A stretch of 32,000 nucleotides of DNA, from NCBI RefSeq assembly GCF_000427095.1, contig NC_021487.1:1629146-1661145 (forward strand). Reading direction: 5' to 3'. The number at the start of each line of letters is the position of its first letter. The stretch's first letter is position 1. Of this stretch, positions 19,015 to 27,893 are shown in pieces. The translations under genes were made by a program, and so were the position numbers. Under the pieces are notes generated by a model. That model was not told where the DNA came from, searched no databases, and saw only the letters and a program-made list of their open reading frames with translations. This DNA is from Chthonomonas calidirosea T49 (GTDB lineage: Bacteria; Armatimonadota; Chthonomonadetes; Chthonomonadales; Chthonomonadaceae).

Positions 19015-20157
19015 TTAAGCCCTGTTTGCAAGCAAAGGAGACCCCTCTGGCACACCTAGCGGTAAAAGTTGGTACTGTGTGGTGCGACGCATCGGTTCGT
19101 AACCTGCAGCCCGAATCAAGCGCTCTATCTCCTCAATCGGCAGGGTAAACACGCAGCCGGCAGCCGAGACCACATTCTCTTCCATCATGGTGCTGCCGAA
19201 ATCGTTGAGGCCATAGCGCAGCGCGATCTGGGCGATCTTCGGCCCTTGGGTAACCCATGAGGCCTGCATATGGGGCACATTATCGAGCATAAGCCGTGAG
19301 ACGGCCACCGTACGCAGATAGTCGAAGGCGGAAGCACGCTCCATCGGCAGCTCCGTTCCCTCCGGTTGGAACGACCAAGGAATAAAAGCCGTAAAGCCCC
19401 CCGTTTCATCTTGCAGCTCACGTACACGCAGCAGATGCTCAATGCGATCCTCATAGGTCTCTACCGAGCCGTACATCATAGTGGCCGTCGTGCGTAGGCC
19501 GGCTTTATGAGCCTCCCGCATACAGTTTATCCACTCGTCCGCCGTGTCCTTATAGGGCGCAATGATCTCACGCACGCGATCGGTCAGGATCTCGGCTCCG
19601 CCTCCCGGCACACTATCGAGCCCTGCGGCTTTAAGCCGTTGAAAGAGCTCAGCAAGAGAGATTTTGCTAATTTTCGCGATATAGATAAGCTCGGCGGGAG
19701 AGAAAGCATGTATGATCACACCATAGGCACCAAAACGCGCCTTAATACTGGCTAAGAGATCTTCGTACCACTCTAGTTTCAGCTTTGGGTTGAGCCCACC
19801 CTGCATGAGGATTTCGATGCCACCTAAATCCACCATCTGCTGGATTTTCTCGAAAATCTGCTCTTTCGTAAGCACGTACCCCTCTTCATGACCAGGTACC
19901 CTATAGAAGGCACAGAACTTGCAACGAACCCAACAGACGTTGGTGTAGTTGATATTGCGTCCGACGATGTAGGTAACGATATGATTGGTGGCGGGATGCA
20001 GGCGCTCACGAACCACGTTGGCTAGATGAGCGAGTTCGGGCAGACAGGGATAGTGGAAAAGCCAAAGGCCTTCCTCTGCCGTCAGACGCTCTCCAGCGTA
20101 GACCTTATCGGCAATGTGCTCTATAGAAAGAGGCGCGATGGATTGCAGGGTTGGCAT
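19015..20157 (-). CDS. mqnC: Cyclic dehypoxanthinyl futalosine synthase (radical SAM, menaquinone futalosine pathway)
   Basis: RNINYTNVCWVRCKFCAFYRVPGHEEGYVLTKEQIFEKI, LMQGGLNPKLKLEWYEDLLASIK, TTATMMYGSVETYEDRIEHL, FTAFIPWSFQPEGTEL. Confidence 0.93.
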   Translation of the reverse strand: MPTLQSIAPLSIEHIADKVYAGERLTAEEGLWLFHYPCLPELAHLANVVRERLHPATNHIVTYIVGRNINYTNVCWVRCKFCAFYRVPGHEEGYVLTKEQIFEKIQQMVDLGGIEILMQGGLNPKLKLEWYEDLLASIKARFGAYGVIIHAFSPAELIYIAKISKISLAELFQRLKAAGLDSVPGGGAEILTDRVREIIAPYKDTADEWINCMREAHKAGLRTTATMMYGSVETYEDRIEHLLRVRELQDETGGFTAFIPWSFQPEGTELPMERASAFDYLRTVAVSRLMLDNVPHMQASWVTQGPKIAQIALRYGLNDFGSTMMEENVVSAAGCVFTLPIEEIERLIRAAGYEPMRRTTQYQLLPLGVPEGSPLLANRA

Positions 20158-20288
20158 GAAACAAACTCCATGATATCGCTAACAGCTCATTATACCCGCT
20201 AAACCCAACGAGCCCTGCATGCCTCGCGGATAACGCCTTCGTGACCACAGCCCATACCCAGACGTAATAGTAAACAGGAGGTGCGGCC

Positions 20289-20627
20289 TTGAGCGATCTA
20301 CACTTTCATCATATAGCGGTTGAGGTACCCCATATCGCTGAGGCAGTGGAATGGTACAAAAATACTCTGCCCAACGTGCGGGTGCTCTATCAAGATGCAA
20401 CTTGGGCTTTTATTGAAGTGGGTGGGGTGAAGATAGCTTTTGTTCTTCCCTCCCAACATCCTTCGCATATTGCTTGGCGTGTTGGAGATGAGACGTTGGA
20501 GCAACTAGCACAGCGGTTCGGTGCTACCATAAAAACGCACCGTGACGGCTCCCGCAGCTTCTATCTTAAAGCCCCTGGTGGCTTTCACATCGAGATCATC
20601 TCTATGGATGAGAGCTCCTTAAAATAG
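20289..20627 (+). CDS. VOC/glyoxalase superfamily protein
   Basis: MSDLHFHHIAVEVPHIAEAVEWYKNTL...HIAWRVGDETLEQLAQRFGA...SRSFYLKAPGGFHIEIIS. TTG start with AGGAGGTG about 5 nt upstream. Confidence 0.85.
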   Translation: MSDLHFHHIAVEVPHIAEAVEWYKNTLPNVRVLYQDATWAFIEVGGVKIAFVLPSQHPSHIAWRVGDETLEQLAQRFGATIKTHRDGSRSFYLKAPGGFHIEIISMDESSLK

Positions 20628-20871
20628 CCTCTCCGTTGCGACGTCTATAGGAAGTAGAGGCGATCCGGTAGTTCGCCTCTAACCATTTCTCCCGGAAAGC
20701 TCCCATTTGAAGCGGCACTCGCTCGGTGAGCGCCATCGTCTCAACAAGCATAAAGGGCTTGCTTGAGCCCTGCCTCCCTTGGTTACCGACTGCAAGATGG
20801 AGTAGGCTAGATGAGGTGCGAACCCACTTCGCCACTTCAATCGATTGACCTCGACTCAACAGACAGCCCTG

Positions 20872-21777
20872 CTAGCGATTCTCTTTCATTACCTGTAGAA
20901 GGGCAGTGCTGGCCTCGAAAAGCTGCTTCGTTTGAGCTTTCATCTGCTCCCACTGCTCGGGGGTGCAGTTAAGCCATTCCTGCACATCGGGGTGGAGGGC
21001 ATGGGGCTGCGTATGTTCTGAAGCCACATAGCCGCACTCCCAAGCCAAAATATCGCCGGCATGTACCGCCGCCACGAGATCGAAGTTCTCACTTCTCAGG
21101 GAGGGACGGTGGTGCTCACCGATCATGGCCACGAGGTGTGATGGAAAGTTCCAGTGCTCGGCAATGCGACGTCCGACCGTGAGATGGTCAATCCCTAAGA
21201 CCATGCTCTCCGCCTCGTCCGAGGTCTTCTTCTCCCTAGCGGCAAAGGCCATGGTAACTGCATACTGAACGGGAAAATAGCTGTCCAAATACAGCGCCCC
21301 AATGTCGTGTAGCAATCCGCCGATGAAGCTCTCTTCCTTGGCGTTGCGCGTGCGGGGCAGACGTTGTTGAGCTATAATACAGGAGGCCACCGCAGCGGCG
21401 ACCGAATGCTCCCAAAAGGCTGTACGGTTTAGGCCATAGGGCATAGATTTATGATTGAGTTGTCCAAAGGCGGAAACGCCTAGCACCAGGTTCCGCACCG
21501 TGTTATAACCCAAAATGACTACGGCGTGGGTTAGCGTGCTGATCCGTTTCGGAAAACCGTAGTAGGCCGAATTCACAATGCGCAGAATCTTCGAAGCCAA
21601 CCCCTGATCCATAGAGATGAGCCGGTTCAGCTCCTCGGCCGACGAATTCGGATCGTTTACAGTTTGTAGAATCTTGCTGACTACCGCCGGCAGGGGCGGC
21701 AGATCGGAGAGTTTTTTCTCCAGTGTCTGTTGAAAGACGTTGCGATCAATACGTACGGATTTAATTTCAGGCGGCAT
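20872..21777 (-). CDS. HDOD domain protein
   Basis: LPPLPAVVSKILQTVNDPNSSAEELNRLISMDQGLASKILRIVNSAYYGFPKRISTLTHAVVILGYNTVRNLVLG; GGLLHDIG. Confidence 0.93.
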   Translation of the reverse strand: MPPEIKSVRIDRNVFQQTLEKKLSDLPPLPAVVSKILQTVNDPNSSAEELNRLISMDQGLASKILRIVNSAYYGFPKRISTLTHAVVILGYNTVRNLVLGVSAFGQLNHKSMPYGLNRTAFWEHSVAAAVASCIIAQQRLPRTRNAKEESFIGGLLHDIGALYLDSYFPVQYAVTMAFAAREKKTSDEAESMVLGIDHLTVGRRIAEHWNFPSHLVAMIGEHHRPSLRSENFDLVAAVHAGDILAWECGYVASEHTQPHALHPDVQEWLNCTPEQWEQMKAQTKQLFEASTALLQVMKENR

Positions 21778-23944
21778 GTGCTTTCACTCCTCTCTGATGG
21801 TTAGCAAGGTTCAGAATGCCCTCAACGTCAAGAATAAGGGCCATGCGTCCATCCCCTAAAATGGTGGCGCCGGACACTCCTTGAACATCTCCAATGAACT
21901 TGCCAAGCGTTTTTATCACGATCTCTTGTTCCCCGATAAAGCGGTCCACAATGAGACCGATCCGATCGCGTTCCAAACCCACGACAACCACATTCAAAGC
22001 TTGCTTCTCCGGTTTGTGCTTGCATTCCGATCTCACAACGGCAAGGGTTTTGTTGGATTGAGCTGTATGAGCGGGCAGAAGGTTTTGAAGATGAGCCAGA
22101 CGCAACGTCTCCCCACGCAGGAGAATGGTAGGCTGGCGACGCACCGAGCGCACGTTTTGGAGGTCAACTCGCAGGGTTTCAGCTACCGAGTTGAGCGGGA
22201 TAGCATACACGGCCTCTCCTACGCGCACCAATAGGCTGCGGATAATGGCTAAAGTAAGCGGCAGGCGGATGCAGAAGCGTGTGCCTTTGCCCACCCAGCT
22301 TTCGATGTCTATGGTGGCTCCTAGGCGCTGTAGATTGCTGCGTACGATGTCCATACCTACCCCTCGACCCGATACATCCGATACCTGCTGCGCGGTGGAA
22401 AAGCCGGGGGTAAAGATGAGAGCGATGGCCTCGCGATCGGAGAGGCGCTGAGCGGCCTCGCGAGACATCAGCCCTTTTTGAACGGCAGCCTCGCGCATCT
22501 TGGTGGGGTCTATGCCGCGGCCATCGTCCTCTACTTCTATAATAATGTGGTTCTCTTGATGTCGAGCGCGCAACCATACCGTACCAGCGCGGGGTTTCCC
22601 TAATCGCTCTCGTTCTTCTGGCGGCTCGATGCCGTGGTCAACGCTGTTGCGCAGCATGTGAATGAGGGGGTCTCCGATGGCTTCAATGACGGAGCGATCG
22701 AGCTCGGTCTCTTTGCCTTCGATCTCGAACTGAAACTCTTTGTTGAGACGCTTGGCAAGGTCGCGCATCATCCGTGGAAAGCGGTTGAACACATTCTCGA
22801 TCGGCAGCATGCGCGCTTTCATCACCTCATCTTGGAGCTGATCGGTGATGCGGGCAATATGTATGGCGACCTCCTGGAGATGCTCCATCGTGGCATCGTT
22901 CCCTAGCTGATGCTCGATTTGAGCGCAGAGTTGGGCAATACGCGTGCGGTCAATGACAAGCTCCCCGATGAGGTTCATCAGGTTATCTAGACGGTTTACA
23001 TCTACCCGAATGGTCTGAGGTTGAGGGGCTGATGTTGTTTGTTGGCCTTTCTCTTTTGACAGCTCTTCCTTAGAAGCCGCTTGGACCTCTGTTTCATGAA
23101 GGCCTGTGGGCTCTACGTTCGCGGCTGTTTGCGGCTTCGTAGAGGCTGGCGGCATCCATGGCACTATGTTTACACCGACCACTTCGCTAATGCGCTCCAC
23201 TTCAGCGCGCAGCTTTTCCACAGGTTGAGTCGTGGCAACAAGAACGGTGAAGCTTGTCCCAAAGCGTTCTTCCTCCAAAGCGGCTTCATCTGGCCAGGTA
23301 TGTAAGACCGCTCCCACAGCCTCCAGCCCTTGCAGTACCATCAGCGCCCTTACCGACTTCAACATGGAGTCGGGGGCGAGAGAAACGTCTATACGATAGA
23401 GCGCATGGCCGGTGGCAAGCGCTTGTTGGCACGCCTCCAAGGTGCTTTCGGAAAGAGCGAGCTCCTCCCCTTCGGTGGTTTGGGAGGGAGAGGCGTTCAT
23501 AGTAGGGTCTTGGCAATGGGCCACAGCGCGCAGTTGGGCTGTGAGCGCCGATGTCTCATGCTGTGTTGTTCCCGTATCGGCTATCTCGATCAGCATGACT
23601 TTGAGGGCGTCAAGCCCTTGAAAGAGCACATCAACGAGCTCAGGTGTCACCTCGATTTGCCGGTTTCTCAGCAGATCGAAGAGGTCTTCCATCGCGTGCG
23701 TCAGATCGCCCATGGCCTGATAGCCCATAGCACGCGCCGCGCCTTTCAGGGTATGTGCGGCCCGAAATATCTCCTGCAGCAGCTCCGATGAGGCCTCCTG
23801 CTCAAGTTTTAGGATGTCCTGTTCCAAAAGCTCGATCTGCTCGTTGGCCTCCTGCAGGAACACCTGAAGAAACGAACGCATCTCCTCGTTCATCACAGAG
23901 CTTCTTTCCTTACTATGGGCATTATCGTTACCGTCCGCTGACAT
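21767..23944 (-). CDS. cheA: Chemotaxis histidine kinase CheA
   Basis: Hpt (IFRAAHTLKGAARAMG), dimerisation domain (RLDNLMNLIGELVI), H/N box (DPLIHMLRNSVDHGIE), G boxes (VEDDGRGI; DVSGRGVGMDIVRSNLQRLGA) and C-terminal CheW-like domain. There is no receiver domain. An alternative start is MNEEM at 23893. Confidence 0.95.
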   Translation of the reverse strand: MSADGNDNAHSKERSSVMNEEMRSFLQVFLQEANEQIELLEQDILKLEQEASSELLQEIFRAAHTLKGAARAMGYQAMGDLTHAMEDLFDLLRNRQIEVTPELVDVLFQGLDALKVMLIEIADTGTTQHETSALTAQLRAVAHCQDPTMNASPSQTTEGEELALSESTLEACQQALATGHALYRIDVSLAPDSMLKSVRALMVLQGLEAVGAVLHTWPDEAALEEERFGTSFTVLVATTQPVEKLRAEVERISEVVGVNIVPWMPPASTKPQTAANVEPTGLHETEVQAASKEELSKEKGQQTTSAPQPQTIRVDVNRLDNLMNLIGELVIDRTRIAQLCAQIEHQLGNDATMEHLQEVAIHIARITDQLQDEVMKARMLPIENVFNRFPRMMRDLAKRLNKEFQFEIEGKETELDRSVIEAIGDPLIHMLRNSVDHGIEPPEERERLGKPRAGTVWLRARHQENHIIIEVEDDGRGIDPTKMREAAVQKGLMSREAAQRLSDREAIALIFTPGFSTAQQVSDVSGRGVGMDIVRSNLQRLGATIDIESWVGKGTRFCIRLPLTLAIIRSLLVRVGEAVYAIPLNSVAETLRVDLQNVRSVRRQPTILLRGETLRLAHLQNLLPAHTAQSNKTLAVVRSECKHKPEKQALNVVVVGLERDRIGLIVDRFIGEQEIVIKTLGKFIGDVQGVSGATILGDGRMALILDVEGILNLANHQRGVKAHAA

Positions 23945-24416
23945 CGGAGGGCTTCAGCACGGCCTCCACATTGAGGAGGATGATCAGCTCGTCCTGGTGC
24001 TTTCCGACGCCTAGAACAAACTCTGAATCCACCGTCTCGACCATCTCGGCAGGCTTCTCGATGAGGGTTTCCGAGAGTCTCAAAACCCCCACGACGCTAT
24101 CTACCTCAAGCCCCACGAGGCTGCCGTCATAGTTCACAACGATAACGCGCTGGCTCGAAGCCGACGTCCTTGCTTCCGCCGCTGGCTCTTCCGCTTCGGG
24201 GAGCCCTAAACGACGTCGCAGGTTAACGATCGGCACAATTTTGCCGCGTAGATTGATGATCCCCTTTAAGTCTTCGGCCGATCGGGGAACGTGGGTAACC
24301 TCTTGAGGCCGAATGATCTCATTGATCGCGGCAATTTCGATGCCGTAGGTCTCTCTGGCAAGGCGAAAGGCAACGAGTTGCAGCTCGCGTTCCGCCGCTT
24401 CGGTCGTAGGTGCCAA
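23928..24416 (-). CDS. cheW: CheW adaptor
   Basis: LVAFRLARETYGIEIAAINEIIRPQEVTHVPRSAEDLKGIINLRGKIVPIVNLRRRLGL. Confidence 0.94.
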   Translation of the reverse strand: MAPTTEAAERELQLVAFRLARETYGIEIAAINEIIRPQEVTHVPRSAEDLKGIINLRGKIVPIVNLRRRLGLPEAEEPAAEARTSASSQRVIVVNYDGSLVGLEVDSVVGVLRLSETLIEKPAEMVETVDSEFVLGVGKHQDELIILLNVEAVLKPSDVSGR

Positions 24417-24649
24417 AGTTATCTTAACCCCCTTATCTCATGGCAATTGCGAAGCTATTTTCGGTAAGAATAAGAGGGAGCTTTAGCATTTTAGGAGGGC
24501 GTGATAGCCAAGTTGGGAAGAAAAGCACAATCGTTTGCGCAAAAGGGAGCTGGGAACGATTCTCGACAGCAAGCCTATCAGGGGAAGTAAACGACCACTG
24601 CTTTACAGTTCTCTTTCGCACCGTGCCCCCAGACCAAACAGGTGCGAAC

Positions 24650-24677
24650 GTAGGGGCGCAGAGACCTGTGCCCCTAC
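24650..24677 (-). terminator. Hairpin overlapping the trmFO stop codon (terminator-like or repeat element)
   Basis: GTAGGGGCGCAG / CTGTGCCCCTAC arms, 12 bp with one G-U, 4-nt loop. The right arm covers the TAG stop at 24674-24676. Confidence 0.45.
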
Positions 24678-26074
24678 TTCCAGTCGGCCTCGATCTGTTG
24701 GGCGAACGCAGAGATAGCCTCAAGGGCGCGCTCTGCTTTTAGACGCGCCTTTTCTCGTTTATCGCGCACCGTGAGGCCTTGCAGTTCGGGCACAAGCCCC
24801 CAGTTGGCGTTCATCGGGGCAAAATGTTTGGGGTCGGCCTCCACTAGATAGTGGCAAAGGGCGCCCAACACGGTTATTTTGGGTGGCACGGCGGGCGGTA
24901 AACCTTTCAGCCATCGTAGGGCATTGATGCCGGCGATCATCCCGATAGCTGCCGACTCCAGGTAGCCTTCCACGCCCGTGATCTGGCCGGCCAAGAAGAT
25001 TCCGGGATGCTTTCTCAGTTCAGCGTGTGCCGTAAGCACCAGCGGTGCGTTTACATAGGTGTTACGGTGCATCACGCCATAGCGCACGAACTCAGCGTTC
25101 TCAAGGCCAGGGATCATTCGAAAGATGCGCTTCTGCTCGCCCCATTTCAAGCGCGTTTGAAACCCCACCATCCCCCAAAGGGTGCCCTCCCGATTCTCCT
25201 GCCGCAACTGCACCACCGCGTAGGGGCGCTTTCCAGTGCGTGGGTCTATCAACCCTATTGGCTTCATGGGGCCGTAGAGAAGGGTTCGAGGTCCGCGCCG
25301 TGCCAACTCTTCAATAGGCACACACATTTCAAAGAACACCATCTTTTGTGCCGGCTCCGCCTGTTCAAAATCGTGCAGAGGGGCCAACTCCGCATGGCAA
25401 AGCGCCTCCCAGAAGGCCATATACTCTTCTTTGGTAAGGGGACAGTTCAGGTAGTCTGCGCTTATCGCCGTCTCGGTTGCGCATTCGGCAGTGGCTTCGC
25501 CACCCACCCCTTCTTGCCTGGCGCCGCGCCCTCGCCGCGAGGCGCGAAATAGGCGGCTCCAATCCAGGCTTTCGCCAAGCACGGTGGGGGCGACCGCGTC
25601 GTAAAACGAGAGGGCGGTGTTGTCCGTAAGCTGCTTCAGCTCCTGTGCCAGCGCATCCGAGGTAAGCGGACCGGTGGCGAGAATGAGGGGGCGCGCCTCA
25701 GGGAGTTGCGTTACCTCCTCTCGAATCACGGTGATGTTTGGATGGCTCTCGATGGCCGCGGTAACGTCACATGCAAACCGTTCACGGTCTACCGCCAAGG
25801 CCTCTCCAGCCGGCACCGCATGGCGCTGAGCGATAGGCAGAATGAGGGAGCCGAGTCGACGCATCTCCTCCTTTAAAACGCCACTCGCGTTGGTCAGCAA
25901 CGTGGATTTAAAAGAGTTAGAGCATACCAGCTCGGCTAGGTTCGCCGTACGGTGCACCGGCGTCTGACGTTTGGGACGCATTTCGTAAAGGTGCACTTTT
26001 GCACCACGCTGTGCACACGCCCACGCAGCTTCTACTCCGGCAAAACCGCCACCGACAACGGTTATCGTCTCCAT
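24674..26074 (-). CDS. trmFO: Methylenetetrahydrofolate--tRNA-(uracil-5-)-methyltransferase TrmFO
   Basis: METITVVGGGFAGVEAAWACAQRGAKVHLYEMRP..TPVHRTANLAELVCSNSFKS, LGSLILPIAQRHAVPAGEALAVDRE, DYLNCPLTKEEY, GQITGVEGYLESAAIGMIAG, APMNANWGL. ATG at 26074 is the natural start. Confidence 0.95.
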   Translation of the reverse strand: METITVVGGGFAGVEAAWACAQRGAKVHLYEMRPKRQTPVHRTANLAELVCSNSFKSTLLTNASGVLKEEMRRLGSLILPIAQRHAVPAGEALAVDRERFACDVTAAIESHPNITVIREEVTQLPEARPLILATGPLTSDALAQELKQLTDNTALSFYDAVAPTVLGESLDWSRLFRASRRGRGARQEGVGGEATAECATETAISADYLNCPLTKEEYMAFWEALCHAELAPLHDFEQAEPAQKMVFFEMCVPIEELARRGPRTLLYGPMKPIGLIDPRTGKRPYAVVQLRQENREGTLWGMVGFQTRLKWGEQKRIFRMIPGLENAEFVRYGVMHRNTYVNAPLVLTAHAELRKHPGIFLAGQITGVEGYLESAAIGMIAGINALRWLKGLPPAVPPKITVLGALCHYLVEADPKHFAPMNANWGLVPELQGLTVRDKREKARLKAERALEAISAFAQQIEADWK

Positions 26075-26180
26075 TTTCTGTTGCGCTCCGCTTTCGCAGC
26101 ACCTGGGGTGATTCTTGTTTCCACTCTTGCCTGTTGAGCGAAGAGGGCACCCCAACCAAGCTACAACCCCTATGATACCC

Positions 26181-26207
26181 TACCCTTCTCCTTTCAGGAG
26201 AAGGGTA
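26181..26207. repeat. Perfect 12-bp inverted repeat with 3-nt loop
   Basis: TACCCTTCTCCT-TTC-AGGAGAAGGGTA in the trmFO/GH25 intergenic region. Confidence 0.7.
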
Positions 26208-26288
26208 AGGAGATGGAGCCGTTATACGCTTACGCAAGCTGACATCCTACATTCTCCATCTGCTATTCGCCATTCCCTTGAATTGACG

Positions 26289-26324
26289 AAGGCGTCGGGC
26301 TTAACATCGCAACACCGACGCCTT
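26289..26324 (-). terminator. 3'-end hairpin of the capsid/lysis cassette
   Basis: AAGGCGTCGG (26289-26298) / CCGACGCCTT (26315-26324), perfect 10 bp, directly after the GH25 TAA. No long T-run follows on the minus strand. Confidence 0.5.
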
Positions 26325-27023
26325 TTAGACCTGAGGGGGATGGAATGAGTTAGCAGGCAAGCGAATGCAAGCCGGAATAGGAATACCGAACAGCCCACAT
26401 AGAGCTCGAATATCCTCACCGTGAAAACGATCCCGATCGGTCTCTTTCACCGAGGGGATGCCGGGAACGGTTCCTCGAGGAGTATACTGCCAAAACGTCC
26501 ACTTTTGCCAGCCCTTGGGCAATCGTGGGTTGGGCTGCCCCGTGTAGTGAGCCACCCAAAGCGGATGCCCAGAATAGGCATCCGTGCCGTCCATCCACTC
26601 GTCCCAAAAGGCGGGGCTTGTGTAGATGATGGGCAGCTTACCTATCATGGTGCGCGCCGTGATAAGAAACATGGAGACAGCAAACTGCAGGCGCGCTTTG
26701 CCAATGCGTTGGGCGCCCTCAAGGTCTTCCAAATCGAGAGCGATGGGCAGATCTCGGGCGGGGTCGTAACCGGCACGACGGGCTGTGCGGATGCAGAACT
26801 CGGCTTGCCAACCACCTGGCTCATCGCAACGGAAGTAGTGATATACTCCGCGCACTATCCCCACAGAACGCATGCCGGAGAGGTTCCTTTCTAAATAGGG
26901 GTCAACAATGCTTGTCCCTTCGGTGGCTTTACAAAAAGCGAACCCGATCCCCCCACACTCCACCTGCTCCCAGTCAATGCCGTTGTCGTCGTGACTTATG
27001 TCTACTCCTTCTAGCAACGCCAT
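26325..27023 (-). CDS. GH25 family lysozyme (endolysin-like muramidase)
   Basis: GVDISHDDNGIDWEQVECGGIGFAFCKATEGTSIVDPYLERNLSGMRSVGIVRGVYHYFRC; LPIALDLED; PIIYTSPAFW; LWVAHYTGQPNPRLPKGWQKWTFWQYTPRGTVPGI. AAGGAG is immediately adjacent to ATG 27023, so a TTG at 27017 may be used. Confidence 0.93.
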   Translation of the reverse strand: MALLEGVDISHDDNGIDWEQVECGGIGFAFCKATEGTSIVDPYLERNLSGMRSVGIVRGVYHYFRCDEPGGWQAEFCIRTARRAGYDPARDLPIALDLEDLEGAQRIGKARLQFAVSMFLITARTMIGKLPIIYTSPAFWDEWMDGTDAYSGHPLWVAHYTGQPNPRLPKGWQKWTFWQYTPRGTVPGIPSVKETDRDRFHGEDIRALCGLFGIPIPACIRLPANSFHPPQV

Positions 27024-27136
27024 CTCCTTAAAAACGTTCTCTCTGCCTCTTCGTTACAGAAAACCTTGCAAAACCTCCCTTATCCGTTAGACAGAGAGAA
27101 AGGCAGAAAAAGCTCCGAAATTCCCTTCCAAAAATG

Positions 27137-27217
27137 CTAGTTTTTTCGGCTACAAAAGGGAAAACTAGAGAGTTTACTTGCCCGCCGATGCATCTTAGGC
27201 ATTGGCGGGCAAGTAAA
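27137..27217 (-). promoter_or_regulatory. Tandem hairpins between the small membrane protein gene and the lysozyme gene
   Basis: TTTACTTGCCCGCCGATGC (27173-27191) / GCATTGGCGGGCAAGTAAA (27199-27217), 19 bp with one G-U. Second: CTAGTTTTTTC (27137-27147) / GGGAAAACTAG (27158-27168). Confidence 0.6.
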
Positions 27218-27219
27218 AG

Positions 27220-27474
27220 CTAGGAATTGGAATTAGATGAGCCTTCTAACTTCTGAGCGGTACGTTGAATAGCTCCGTCGGCCCAGGTCTGAATCTGTTG
27301 CGCCAATACCGGAATCACCTTCTGCAGCTCCTCCTGAACCAGCGGACGCACCGCATCGGGCACAACTTTGCTTTTGATCTTAAGCTGGTCAGCCCGAATG
27401 GTTAACATCCGATGCAACACTCCACCCAAAAACCCCAACGTGAGGGGTACAAGGTGCGATAAAAAACTGCCCAT
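27220..27474 (-). CDS. Small membrane protein, holin-like
   Basis: 84 aa with one N-terminal hydrophobic segment (FLSHLVPLTLGFLGGVL) and a soluble helical tail. It lies next to the lysozyme gene. Confidence 0.5.
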   Translation of the reverse strand: MGSFLSHLVPLTLGFLGGVLHRMLTIRADQLKIKSKVVPDAVRPLVQEELQKVIPVLAQQIQTWADGAIQRTAQKLEGSSNSNS

Positions 27475-27593
27475 AGTTTTTGCGCGCAGAAACCGCCGAC
27501 CTAACTAGAGGGTGCGGTTTGCGGGCGCTTTTCTCCTTTCCTTTTCGTTTTGACGGTCGGTGAAGAACCTCATTTCGGCAATGGGCACGCCGC

Positions 27594-27872
27594 TTAAAAC
27601 GCTTGGTAGCGCCCGCTGCGTCTTCGATAGCGAATGGCGATATCTAGCTTCTCCTCGATGCGCGCGAGGCGGGCATTCAGTTCCGAAAGCGTCTGATCGC
27701 GCTGCTCGTTACGCGCCTGCTCAGCCCGCATTTCGCTCTGAACTCCACCAACGCGCTCCTCCAACAGGGCAAGCCGATTGGCCTGACGAATCAACGTGGC
27801 AACGGCCGCTCCGATCCCACTGATCAACGAAACTGTGGCCATAGCCACCGTTATTGGCTCTGTGCTGGTCAT
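27594..27872 (-). CDS. Small membrane/coiled-coil protein, holin- or XhlA-like
   Basis: N-terminal hydrophobic segment followed by a heptad-rich coiled coil (RLALLEERVGGVQSEMRAEQARNEQRDQTLSELNARLARIEEKLDIAI). The family assignment is inference. Confidence 0.55.
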   Translation of the reverse strand: MTSTEPITVAMATVSLISGIGAAVATLIRQANRLALLEERVGGVQSEMRAEQARNEQRDQTLSELNARLARIEEKLDIAIRYRRRSGRYQAF

Positions 27873-27893
27873 CTTCTCTCCCCTTTGTGCACC

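Noticed and set aside
20602-20859. 85-aa minus-strand ORF between the VOC gene and the HDOD gene
   Set aside because: No family resemblance, it overlaps the VOC 3' end, and there is no clear RBS. It could be real but is unsupported. A weak T-loop-like GGGTTCGCACC on the minus strand here did not fold into a tRNA.
23330-23791. 153-aa plus-strand ORF opposite cheA
   Set aside because: Antisense to the CheA Hpt/P2 region, with no motifs.
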